Of a stretch of 64,000 bases of DNA, positions 25,984-34,874 are shown piece after piece. How positions within the stretch are numbered: position 1 is the first letter of the stretch; each line of letters opens with the position of its first letter. The DNA is taken from the sequence record PV764603.1; one strand, 5' to 3'. The notes beneath the pieces were generated by a model. It saw nothing but the letters and a program-made list of their open reading frames with translations. It made no database searches and was not told where the DNA came from. A program made the position numbers and the translations under genes.

Positions 25984-27986
25984 GCAACATTCACGATTTC
26001 ATCAAGACCCAGCTGCTGGCTGCTGCCCATTTCCAAGAAACGCTGGATGCGGGTGGCAAGAAGTGGCTCAAGAGTGGTGGTATCGCCGACGGTCGGAAGT
26101 TCCTAGAGGAACGCAAGTTCCCTAAATCGGTCATCAAGGCATACGATACTGCCATGAAGAACGTCCTTGCAGGTAAGGACTTTGAGGAAGACGTTGATCC
26201 GCATTTGCAGGAAGTACAGAATGCAGTGAAGGAGCGTCTGCCCAAGCTGACCAAGGACACTTCTATTCCGATCGCAGACATCAAGACTCTGAAAGACGTG
26301 AGTCTGATCCTGCGCACTGAATCGGACTCTGCATGGGCACGTGTCGAGAAGGACATTGGCCGACTGCGTGACGAAGACCTCAACCGCATCATCGCTCCTG
26401 CTGTGGAATCCTCCAGCAAGTACGTCAAAGACCTCAAGGCAGCGTTCAAGAAACTGACGGGCAAAGATGGTACTGACTTCCGTGACCTAGAAGAACTGGC
26501 TGATCTTGATACTGATGAGTATCGGGAAGCAGTCAAGAAGATCATGGGCAAGAAGCCGGCTGCTGCTAAGGAATTCACCAAGGCACGCAGCGAGTACACC
26601 AAGGCCAGCAAGAAGGCCCACATGGCTCATGTACGTGCTTCCGGCAGTCACCTGATGGACGTGGAGACGGCCAAGAAACACCTTGAGTCTAAGGGCTTCC
26701 GTCACTCCATCCCTGAAGGCTTCAAGGGCAAGCTTGATGAAAACGGACGTATCCACACTGAGCATGGTGAACCCATCGCCGGTGGTATCTCCGGCACCGT
26801 CAAGATGAATCCGAAGTACGAGAAGGGTTCTAGCGTCAATGTCCTGACCTACTATCCTCCGGGTGCGAAGACGCCGCAGTACCTGTTCACCGCAGGTGCC
26901 AAGGCTAACGCCATCCAGAAGAAGAGTCAGAAGGTTGACGAACTGTCCGACAAGATTGGTGACCTGCGTAAGAAGTGGGGCGCTGACCTGAACAGTAAGG
27001 ATCCGAGCACTCGCATTGCTGCTGCCATTCTCGAAGCCTGCTACCACACGTCTGCACGTATCGGTAATCTGAGCAACAAGAATGATGGCATGACGACCTT
27101 GAAGGGTAGGAATGTCAAGGTCAACGGGGATACGGTCACCTTCAGCTACACTGGCAAATCGGACCAGCAGCAGAAGCACGTCATGAAGGGCGACGATCCC
27201 ATTTCCAAGAAGGCTGTGGAAATCATCAAGGCCCTCAAGGAAAACGCGAAGCCTGACGACCTGCTTTTCCGCAACAAGAATCGCCGCGTCGGTAGCCGTC
27301 AGGTCAACGATTACTTCACCTCCCTCGGTTCCCCCACCACGGTGCACAAGATGCGCCACGTTCGCGGCAACGCGATCATGAAGGAAGAACTGAAGAAGAA
27401 GCCGAAGACTGACGACGACAAGAAGATCACGGCCTTCCTGACTGCGGCTCTGGCCAAGGTTGGTGAGCAGCTGGGTCACTTCAACAAGGGCGAGGTCACC
27501 TTCGCCACTGCCCTGCAATCCTACGTCTCTCCGTCAATCGTTGAGAAGTATTATGACAGTTACAACATTCGTCCGCCCGCACGCATTCAGAAGGTTATTG
27601 ACCAAGCCAAGAAGGACAATGGTGAACCGACTACTAAGTTGCAGGACTTGCCGCATCACGGCGACGTGGCGGAAAAGCCTAAGGTACCTCGGGCGGTTAA
27701 GCGTGTAGCAAAGGAAGAAAAGGAAGCACCGAAGCCGCGTGTAGTGAAAAAGGTGGAGAAGCCTGCACCGAAGCCGCTGCGTCAAGTCAAGAAGGTGGAG
27801 AAGCCTGAACCCAAGGAACGCAAGCCCACACGCACGGTCAAGCACATTGAGCTGGGTCCCCTGTCTGCACAGCCTGTGAAGACGCCAGCTTGGTTCCAGA
27901 AGTTGAGCGGTAACGCACAGCGGACTTACATCAAGGAAAATCCGCACACCAAGTTGAAGCCCACCAAGCTGCCGGGCTCGAAGTAA
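25980..27986 (+). CDS. Type IB DNA topoisomerase with long N-terminal and K/P/E-rich C-terminal extensions
   Basis: Catalytic pentad motifs ARIG (R), YTGKS (K), HKMRH (R), QLGH (H), QSYV (Y); also TPQYLFT and PDDLLF. Confidence 0.88.
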   Translation: MSNIHDFIKTQLLAAAHFQETLDAGGKKWLKSGGIADGRKFLEERKFPKSVIKAYDTAMKNVLAGKDFEEDVDPHLQEVQNAVKERLPKLTKDTSIPIADIKTLKDVSLILRTESDSAWARVEKDIGRLRDEDLNRIIAPAVESSSKYVKDLKAAFKKLTGKDGTDFRDLEELADLDTDEYREAVKKIMGKKPAAAKEFTKARSEYTKASKKAHMAHVRASGSHLMDVETAKKHLESKGFRHSIPEGFKGKLDENGRIHTEHGEPIAGGISGTVKMNPKYEKGSSVNVLTYYPPGAKTPQYLFTAGAKANAIQKKSQKVDELSDKIGDLRKKWGADLNSKDPSTRIAAAILEACYHTSARIGNLSNKNDGMTTLKGRNVKVNGDTVTFSYTGKSDQQQKHVMKGDDPISKKAVEIIKALKENAKPDDLLFRNKNRRVGSRQVNDYFTSLGSPTTVHKMRHVRGNAIMKEELKKKPKTDDDKKITAFLTAALAKVGEQLGHFNKGEVTFATALQSYVSPSIVEKYYDSYNIRPPARIQKVIDQAKKDNGEPTTKLQDLPHHGDVAEKPKVPRAVKRVAKEEKEAPKPRVVKKVEKPAPKPLRQVKKVEKPEPKERKPTRTVKHIELGPLSAQPVKTPAWFQKLSGNAQRTYIKENPHTKLKPTKLPGSK

Positions 27987-27993
27987 GTAATAC

Positions 27994-28030
27994 CCCACCG
28001 ACTAACCCTCGGTGGGTTCTGTCTTTGCTT
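27994..28030 (+). terminator. Probable intrinsic terminator
   Basis: CCCACCGA-CTAACCC-TCGGTGGG followed by TTCTGTCTTTGCTT. Confidence 0.65.
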
Positions 28031-28046
28031 TGTAGGAGAATCAACA

Positions 28047-29006
28047 ATGCCTGTTCGTATGCTGCAAGGTATCGCCAAGAAAGCGGGTACCACGCACGAC
28101 CACGCAGAGAAGATTTGGGACGATAGCAAGAAAATCGTTGATAAGAAGTTCTCGGAAGATGACCCGAGCTACTACCCATACCTGACAGGGATCGTCAAAC
28201 GTCGCCTAGGCTTGTCGAAAGGTGAGAAGGCGATGTTCGACTCCCAAGACTCTACTAACGAGGAAGCTGACGTGGAAGAAACCGCAAAGAAGAATTGGAG
28301 TCAGGAAGTAACGGACAACGAAAAGTTCCATCCAAAGGAAGGTATCTTCAAGCAGAGCTCGGAGAAGATCGCCAAGTATCTGCTTAGTAAGGGTAAAGGA
28401 AAGGCCATGAGCCGCCTCACCTTCTACATCAACCGGGCTGGCAAGTCGCTGAGTCCTGAAGATCGTAATCGTCTTGAGCGTGCCAAGAAGATTATCTCCA
28501 ATGCTACTGGCAAGGAAACGGCCAAGGCGCACGACTATACCCCGCAGTACAAGACGCCTGAACAAATCGACAAGGGCCTGCGTATTACGGACAAGTTCTT
28601 CCGCACCATCTACTTCCCCAAGCTGGATAGCGACGGCAAGATCGTTGGCTACGATGAAGAACAAGTCAGTTCGGTGGACTTCGTGTTCCTGCAATCTGAT
28701 CCCGACACTGATCCTGTGTGGACTGATCCCCACACCAGTGCGGTTGTCAAGGCGAGCACCCTGCATCACTACATGGTTCACCACGCAACCCCTAACGCAC
28801 AGCGCCGTCGTCGGAACCTGCTGCAAGCTTACGCATCGGCAACCAACTTCAATGGCCCGATCATGAGCAACGGTTCTGTCACCGCTGAGTTCATGTGTCA
28901 CATGCACGGCCATAGCAGCATTGCTATGGCCGAAGTAAGCCGCTCCTTTGAGTACCACAACCGAGTTCATGCTGGCGTGGATGACGATCTGATTGCCTCC
29001 AGCTGA
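28047..29006 (+). CDS. Multi-module protein containing a DUF3175-like domain (putative head protein)
   Basis: KNWSQEVT...EGIF...EKIA...AMSRLTFYINRAGKSL...RLERAK matches the DUF3175 pattern; flanked by EETA and KETA. Confidence 0.65.
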   Translation: MPVRMLQGIAKKAGTTHDHAEKIWDDSKKIVDKKFSEDDPSYYPYLTGIVKRRLGLSKGEKAMFDSQDSTNEEADVEETAKKNWSQEVTDNEKFHPKEGIFKQSSEKIAKYLLSKGKGKAMSRLTFYINRAGKSLSPEDRNRLERAKKIISNATGKETAKAHDYTPQYKTPEQIDKGLRITDKFFRTIYFPKLDSDGKIVGYDEEQVSSVDFVFLQSDPDTDPVWTDPHTSAVVKASTLHHYMVHHATPNAQRRRRNLLQAYASATNFNGPIMSNGSVTAEFMCHMHGHSSIAMAEVSRSFEYHNRVHAGVDDDLIASS

Positions 29007-29063
29007 TACGGATGAATCCTCATAGTAGGGAGTGGCCAACCTAACTTTTTAATGAGGAGACCG

Positions 29064-29438
29064 ATGTTCGACCTGTCCATGATCGAAACGCTGAACAACT
29101 TCCTTGAGACGCCGACCGCTGCGCGCGCAATCGCCTTCGGTATGCTTATCTCTTGGGGTGGTACGCAACTCGTCAAGTTCAATCCGCTGGTTCGGAAGCT
29201 GCTGAATCATCTGCCGCCCGAAATGGGCCGGACGGTTGTGCAAGCAATCGCTTTCCTGCTGGCATTCATTCCTACGTTCCTGCTGTGGCCGGGTATGGGT
29301 ACGGTCAAGGTACTGGGTAGCATTGTTGTAGGCACGTGGTCCCCCAAGGCGTATCAAAAGGCGACGGTGGTTCTCTACCACTTCTTCCCTTACCTTGAGC
29401 CCAAGCTGAGTGCCACCCCTGTTCCGAAGGAGAAGTAA
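29064..29438 (+). CDS. Putative holin (about 3 hydrophobic segments, charged C-terminus)
   Basis: GAGGAG RBS; AIAFGMLISWGG, VVQAIAFLLAFIPTFLLW and VLGSIVVGTW segments. Confidence 0.55.
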   Translation: MFDLSMIETLNNFLETPTAARAIAFGMLISWGGTQLVKFNPLVRKLLNHLPPEMGRTVVQAIAFLLAFIPTFLLWPGMGTVKVLGSIVVGTWSPKAYQKATVVLYHFFPYLEPKLSATPVPKEK

Positions 29439-29503
29439 TCCTACTTGGAAGGTAGGAGTAGCAACAACATGGATGTTCCACCTACTACTAATGGAGATTC
29501 GCC
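29439..29503 (+). promoter_or_regulatory. GGA-dense leader with AAC-ATGGAT-GTT hairpin (CsrA/RsmA-type site)
   Basis: ACATGGATGT (29467-29476) matches the consensus exactly; four GGA within about 50 nt. Confidence 0.6.
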
Positions 29504-29758
29504 ATGTATAGCATCACCAATCTCGGCTTTGAACGTCTCGTTGTTGGCAGCCTGGGTTTCGAGCCGCAGGTTGCCCACCCGATCAGTGATCTGGACTTCG
29601 CCCGCCTGTCGGTAGAGGAAAAGTCCCTGATTAACGCCAAGGTTGCCGAGGGCACCTTCTCCGTGGTGCACACCGCTGAAAAGCAGCTGGTCTTCTCTCC
29701 GGCTCCCCTCTCGGCTGGCCTCGGTCCCATCGTTGCTGCGGAAAATCCGCAGGGCTGA
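29504..29758 (+). CDS. Small virion protein (84 aa), paralogous to the N-terminus of the next gene
   Basis: MYSITNLGFERLVVGSLGFEP vs MYVFTNTSANQMTFGDLTLAP. Confidence 0.6.
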   Translation: MYSITNLGFERLVVGSLGFEPQVAHPISDLDFARLSVEEKSLINAKVAEGTFSVVHTAEKQLVFSPAPLSAGLGPIVAAENPQG

Positions 29759-29781
29759 TCCACACTTAGAGGTTCTCCAGT

Positions 29782-30579
29782 ATGTATGTGTTTACCAACA
29801 CCTCAGCTAATCAGATGACGTTCGGCGACCTGACGCTGGCCCCGAACGCCACCACTGAATTCCCTGACGATCGGGTGGCTGCTCTGAGCACCCACAACCT
29901 GAAAGCGCTCAACGATTTTGCCAACGGCAATCCGCTGATCCTGAAGGTCGAGTATCAGGCTTCGGTTCCGCCGGTCACCATCGGTCCTGTATCCGCCGCT
30001 CCTGCCATTTCTACTCCGTTCGGTAACAAACTGATGCAGGCTGCTGATGCAGATGCTGCTAAGGAACTGCTCGGGGAAGGTCAAGGTAGTGGCTATACGT
30101 TGCCTGTCGCTACGGGCTCGGTCCTTGGTGGCGTCAAGATCGGTGCGGGCCTTAGTGCTACCGCCGATGGCACCCTGAGTCGCAGCGCCCTTGTTGCCGG
30201 AGACATTCCAGATTTGGACGCCGCCAAGATCGCCTCCGGCACTCTGGCGGTTGCGCGTTTGGGTACTGGCACTCCAAGTGCTGCTAACGTGCTTTTGGGT
30301 TCGGGCGCTTTTGGCGTACCTCCGACTGCTACTAAGGCAACCGCTCTGGCTACGGGCCGTACCTTCACTCTGAGTGGCGGGGCTTCCGGTACCACCGCCT
30401 CTCCGTTCGATGGCTCTGCTAACGCCACCCTCAACGTTACGCTGGCTACTCCAACAAGTGCTCTCCGTGGCGGTGTCCTCCAGCAGGCCGCCATTGCTGA
30501 CTTGACCGCCGCTCCTACCCAGCAGGATTTCAACGCCCTGCTGGCAGCCCTGCGTGCAGCCTCGGTAATCGCTTCCTGA
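29782..30579 (+). CDS. Head fibre/decoration fibre protein
   Basis: YTLPVAT..VLGGVKIG.GL...ADGTLS, ATKATALATGRTF..SG and C-terminal GGVLQQAAIADL..APTQQDFNALLAALRAA head-fibre motifs. Confidence 0.75.
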   Translation: MYVFTNTSANQMTFGDLTLAPNATTEFPDDRVAALSTHNLKALNDFANGNPLILKVEYQASVPPVTIGPVSAAPAISTPFGNKLMQAADADAAKELLGEGQGSGYTLPVATGSVLGGVKIGAGLSATADGTLSRSALVAGDIPDLDAAKIASGTLAVARLGTGTPSAANVLLGSGAFGVPPTATKATALATGRTFTLSGGASGTTASPFDGSANATLNVTLATPTSALRGGVLQQAAIADLTAAPTQQDFNALLAALRAASVIAS

Positions 30580-30587
30580 CAACAACC

Positions 30588-30603
30588 GGGCCAAGGACGG
30601 CCC
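30588..30603 (+). promoter_or_regulatory. GGGCC-AAGGAC-GGCCC hairpin (CsrA/RsmA-type site)
   Basis: 5-bp stem with CANGGANG core; same 14-mer as 41475-41488. Confidence 0.6.
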
Positions 30604-30746
30604 ACTAGTCGGGTAAACCTTTCAAATTAGCCGGGTAAGGGTGCCTCAAATACGGTACTTGGCAGCTAATTTTACTGTGAAGGCGAGGGCTATTCCTCCG
30701 TGCTTTTCAGGTGCAGGGATTCACCACTTCCTATGGCCTCAACTCA

Positions 30747-32057
30747 ATGTCAGCCTTTCCTAATGTAATCAATGACGCTGTTGTCGGACAACAAGTCGTA
30801 GCCAACGCGAGCTTCTTCATTGCTCCTAACACGGATACGACCGGATTGATTGCCCGGTACAGTATCGTAGACGCAGACGATGCGGAGTGGACTTCCGGCA
30901 TCGCCACAAACATTGTGGTGTCGCCTCTAGGTTCGCGCTCCAAGGTGAATGCCTCGGCTTCGGTCGATATTCCCTACACGCTACCTGTCGAGTTCTACGG
31001 TACCAAGTATCAACTGGCGTGGACCCTTGAAACTCAAGATGGTACATTCGTTTCCAGTTATATCGAGTCGTTCAACGTCAAGCCTGTCATGCAGGGTGGC
31101 GTGTTCGGCGTACCGGACATCGTAGAAGCAGCAACAGACAAAACGATTCTCAAAGCGGTACTGCCTTCCAACGATCAAGTGGAAGTGCTGGTGTTCAAGG
31201 GCAACGCCTGCCTTAACAACGGCAGCCCTGTCATCCTGCAACCGGGTGACAAGGTATTCAACGGTACGCAGTATCTGGGTAGTTTCAACCATGCTACCCT
31301 GCGTAACCCCGGAGCGTCCCCTCCCCCGAATTCTGCGTTGGGGATCAACCAGCCGTCCCCTGCTCTCATACAAGCGATGGCAGCAGCGCGCGGCTTGAAC
31401 CCCGCCGACATTACAGCCAGCAATGAATCGCTGACTCCTTCACTTGAGCCCTATAACTTGTGGTGGCAATACAAGGATGAGGATTCGGGTGAGGTAGTTG
31501 TCGAGGATAGCTATCTGTATCATGTGACTCCAATGATCCTACAGGCAGGACGGGAGCTACAACAGTTTGTGAACCGCGCTAACAACGAAGGCCGGTTGCA
31601 GGAACTGACCATCGACCTGAACGTAATCATTCACTTCCTGAAGCAAGGCGGCGACTACTTCAACAGTGTCGGTATGCCAACCTTCTTTGACTTCACCTGT
31701 GCTAATGGACCCTTCCGTCAATTCTGGGTCATGTGCAGTGCAGTGCGTCTCCTCCGTAGTCAGTACCTTCTGGAGGCCGAACGTAGTATGGTGATGCAGG
31801 GCCAGAGCGTTACACTGGACATTGACATTACTGCGTACTACGAAACTGCGGCATCGGATGCCCAAGCATTCGTTGACCAATACTTGCCGGAGTTCAAGCA
31901 GAATATCACACGCAAGGGTCTGCTGACCGGCGACGGTGACTACGGCAACGGCGGCATCATTTCGAGGAACGTGGGTGCTATGGGCATTCAGTTGTCCGCG
32001 ACCACCAACCTGTTCTTCGGTTGGCGTAATCAGTACGCACGCCGTGGCCTGTTCTAA
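30747..32057 (+). CDS. Virion structural protein, putative neck/head-tail adaptor
   Basis: Ig-like N-half plus helical C-half (HFLKQGGDYFN...AVRLLRSQYLLEAE...QSVTLDID); start ambiguous (GTG 30711 or ATG 30747). Confidence 0.5.
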   Translation: MSAFPNVINDAVVGQQVVANASFFIAPNTDTTGLIARYSIVDADDAEWTSGIATNIVVSPLGSRSKVNASASVDIPYTLPVEFYGTKYQLAWTLETQDGTFVSSYIESFNVKPVMQGGVFGVPDIVEAATDKTILKAVLPSNDQVEVLVFKGNACLNNGSPVILQPGDKVFNGTQYLGSFNHATLRNPGASPPPNSALGINQPSPALIQAMAAARGLNPADITASNESLTPSLEPYNLWWQYKDEDSGEVVVEDSYLYHVTPMILQAGRELQQFVNRANNEGRLQELTIDLNVIIHFLKQGGDYFNSVGMPTFFDFTCANGPFRQFWVMCSAVRLLRSQYLLEAERSMVMQGQSVTLDIDITAYYETAASDAQAFVDQYLPEFKQNITRKGLLTGDGDYGNGGIISRNVGAMGIQLSATTNLFFGWRNQYARRGLF

Positions 32058-32071
32058 GGGAAGGGACGATA

Positions 32072-32569
32072 ATGGATAACACAACGGCCGACTACGCGCG
32101 CGCTGTGTTTGAGTACCTCATCCAGCGGTTTCCGAAGGTGTGGGGTAAATGCAAGTACAGCACGAACTTCCTTGGTGGAGGGGCCACTAGATACAGATTG
32201 TTTTCCTCTACTCCCGACACCTGCGTGACCTATGGCAGCAGTTACTTCCAAGGTTATGCTTACCATGAAGTCATCCTCGACCACACGGTAAAGGGTGATT
32301 GCGAATGCCTGCTTTACACAGCACGGTCTATTTACGAAGACACAGGAAATAACAGCAGCACCACCTATCCGGTAGACATCGCTGCTGTCAAGGTTGACAT
32401 GAGCAAACCCAGTTCGGAAACGGCACAACAGATCGCTACCGAAATCTTGGAGTCTTTGCATGCCAATGCCGCACAGATTGAGGACGTGCCCAATGAAAGC
32501 TTTGTTCACGCCTGCGATTGGCACGCAAAGCAGTTGTATAGCGTGTCACCGGAGCAGACTGGTGGCTAA
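32072..32569 (+). CDS. Hypothetical protein (165 aa)
   Basis: AAGGGA RBS; fills the gap between late genes. Confidence 0.6.
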   Translation: MDNTTADYARAVFEYLIQRFPKVWGKCKYSTNFLGGGATRYRLFSSTPDTCVTYGSSYFQGYAYHEVILDHTVKGDCECLLYTARSIYEDTGNNSSTTYPVDIAAVKVDMSKPSSETAQQIATEILESLHANAAQIEDVPNESFVHACDWHAKQLYSVSPEQTGG

Positions 32570-32577
32570 TTTCAAAC

Positions 32578-33051
32578 ATGCCAAGACTTCAACTAATGTC
32601 CGAAGATGCTAACACTCGGACTGCTGTCGAGTTGGCGCAGGTACGCCGCGACCTTGATACCCTTCTCAAGATCGTTCGGGATGGCAACGGTACGGCGGCC
32701 CTCATCAACCGAATGCAGTCTGTAGAAAAAGACCTTACTCACCTTGTAGCCCGTGACAAGGAAGCAAAAGAAGAGCTTGAAAAGCTCAAGGTGCAGTACG
32801 CGGAGTTGTCAAAGACTCTAATTGACGTAAACCATTCTGTCGGCACCATCAGCGCAGATTTTGCTCGCTTTGTTCAGGAGTTCAAGATCAGCGAGGATGC
32901 ACGCGACAAGGCGCGCATCAAGAAGACCGATCTGCTGTGGGGCATGATTACCACGGTTGTCGTTTCCCTCGTTGTTAACTACGTGCTCAACCACAAGGTT
33001 GTTCCTTCCCAGCCCTCTGTTCCCACCACCGCTGAATCGCGGTCCAAGTAA
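32578..33051 (+). CDS. Coiled-coil protein with single C-terminal TM (holin/antiholin-like topology)
   Basis: Heptad-rich N-part; LLWGMITTVVVSLVVNYVL hydrophobic segment. Confidence 0.55.
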   Translation: MPRLQLMSEDANTRTAVELAQVRRDLDTLLKIVRDGNGTAALINRMQSVEKDLTHLVARDKEAKEELEKLKVQYAELSKTLIDVNHSVGTISADFARFVQEFKISEDARDKARIKKTDLLWGMITTVVVSLVVNYVLNHKVVPSQPSVPTTAESRSK

Positions 33052-33067
33052 TTCACTGGAGATAAAC

Positions 33068-33928
33068 ATGAACGCAAGCTTCAATGACCGCATCGGTGCT
33101 CGTCTGGCCCAGCGCACTAACGGCATCAAGCCGCACGCTGACATTCTGAGCTACGAACTGGTTAGCCCGACCGTGGCTAAGGTTGTCGTCGCCCACTCTC
33201 ACCGTGGCACCACTGCTGAGAATCGCGCCGCTCTGGCTTCGCTGCTGGAAGGCCGTGGCAACGTCATCCCGCACAGCTTCCGCGAAATCGAAACGGACAA
33301 CGCCCACCAGCGCCGTATGCTGTCGGTCGGTTTCGTTGGCGCCAACGTCCTGTCCGAGGAACTAAGCGAAGAACGCGCCAGTCAGCTGAAGGAGATTGCC
33401 AAGAACGTGCTGATGGACGACACCGACAACAGCATGTGGCAGGTTACGCAGGCTTCGGACGGCCGCAAGTTCATCCGCCGTCAGCACAACGAAGACCTTG
33501 CGGAGCTGATGACCGCTACCGCTTCGGTGAACCCGGCCGCCATCGTGCCGAAGCACTTCACCGAAATCGCTGGCACCACCGTCGATACCTCGGGCCCGTT
33601 CACCTATGCTGCTTACGTGGACGCTGACACCCATCAGGTGCGTTTCGGTTACGTGGTGGAACACGCTACCGTCTACAACGGCTACAAGCACACCATTCTG
33701 CCGCGTGACGCTTCGGAAGTCGAGTACGTGTCTGCCTCCCTGATCGTGGAAGCCGCCTACAACGTCGATCCGAACAACCGTCTGACCACCGCTCGCAACC
33801 GCTTGATGGAAACCGCCGGTATTCCGGACATTGATGCGGTCAAGAGCTACTTCCGTAAGGAATTCGGCTACGGCCCTGAGTTCCTGCGCGAACTGGAAGC
33901 CGAGATTGACGAGCACGCTGTCGCCTAA
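33068..33928 (+). CDS. Hypothetical protein, putative prohead core/structural (286 aa)
   Basis: GGAG RBS, strongly C-ending codons suggesting high expression, TATAS/VEAA/METAG motifs; start re-assigned to ATG 33068. Confidence 0.65.
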   Translation: MNASFNDRIGARLAQRTNGIKPHADILSYELVSPTVAKVVVAHSHRGTTAENRAALASLLEGRGNVIPHSFREIETDNAHQRRMLSVGFVGANVLSEELSEERASQLKEIAKNVLMDDTDNSMWQVTQASDGRKFIRRQHNEDLAELMTATASVNPAAIVPKHFTEIAGTTVDTSGPFTYAAYVDADTHQVRFGYVVEHATVYNGYKHTILPRDASEVEYVSASLIVEAAYNVDPNNRLTTARNRLMETAGIPDIDAVKSYFRKEFGYGPEFLRELEAEIDEHAVA

Positions 33929-33935
33929 CGAGCCT

Positions 33936-33965
33936 AGCCGCCCCTGAAAGATGGGGCGGCTTTGT
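33936..33965 (+). terminator. Probable intrinsic terminator
   Basis: AGCCGCCCC-TGAAAGAT-GGGGCGGCT followed by TTGTG. Confidence 0.65.
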
Positions 33966-34007
33966 GCCATCCACAACATTGATCCCAAGAAACACTGAGG
34001 ACTGCAC

Positions 34008-34496
34008 ATGCCTTCCATTACCACCAACCGTTCCAAGGCAACCCTGCTCGGTACCTACTTCCGCAAGGAAACGGTCATGGAGCCGAACGGTTTTTCGATT
34101 GCCCTCATCACTTCGGCTGGTGTCAGCACCAACCCGGGTGAGCAGGTTGCCCCCACTCCGTCGAACTGCCTGACTTGGTCCGACTGCTCGCAGAACGAAA
34201 TCCCGGCCGGTAACGGCTACGTGGCAGGCGGCATCGCCATTCAGCGTGGCACCGCCGACTGGACCTCGCTGACTGAGGACCCGACCAACAACCGTGCGTT
34301 CGTTACCCTCAAGAACGTTTCGTGGACTGCTACCGGCGGTAACCTGCCCGCCAGCGGCCCGGGTGCAGCCTATGCCGTGCTGATGGACGACACTGCGAAT
34401 CGCAACGTGCTGATCGTGCTGGACCTCGGCGGTGCACGTACTGTTTCGGACACCCAGCAGCTGATCCTCCAGAACGTCCAGTACATCGCAACCTAA
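34008..34496 (+). CDS. Fibre-associated virion structural protein (162 aa)
   Basis: IALITS...NEI.AGNGYVAGG..I...VSWTA.GG motif family common upstream of phage fibre genes. Confidence 0.65.
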   Translation: MPSITTNRSKATLLGTYFRKETVMEPNGFSIALITSAGVSTNPGEQVAPTPSNCLTWSDCSQNEIPAGNGYVAGGIAIQRGTADWTSLTEDPTNNRAFVTLKNVSWTATGGNLPASGPGAAYAVLMDDTANRNVLIVLDLGGARTVSDTQQLILQNVQYIAT

Positions 34497-34508
34497 TAGG
34501 AGTAACGC

Positions 34509-34862
34509 ATGACCGAGATTACGACTACGTTTGATGCTGACGCCGAACTTCCGGTGTGGGCATCCATCGTGAACGACTCCGACGGTCTTACCAAGGTTCG
34601 TGTGGATAGCGAGAAGGCATTCCCTGCTACTCTCCGCGAGCTTGACGGTGCAGTGCGTGACCAGTATTGGGTTGCCATCGCTCGGTACGTTATCGGGGAA
34701 GACCTCCGTCACCTCCTTGGTCCGGGTCTGAACATCGTCTTCTCTGCCGCGCCCCAGTATGCCAATGCGGCAATGCCGCGTGGTAAGGGTGAGGAACAAG
34801 GCCAGCAGGACGCCCCGTTCGCTTACATCCGCCTTCAGCAGAAGCGTGAAGGAACCAACTAA
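34509..34862 (+). CDS. Hypothetical protein (117 aa)
   Basis: AGGAG RBS. Confidence 0.6.
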   Translation: MTEITTTFDADAELPVWASIVNDSDGLTKVRVDSEKAFPATLRELDGAVRDQYWVAIARYVIGEDLRHLLGPGLNIVFSAAPQYANAAMPRGKGEEQGQQDAPFAYIRLQQKREGTN

Positions 34863-34874
34863 GAGTACCCCATA

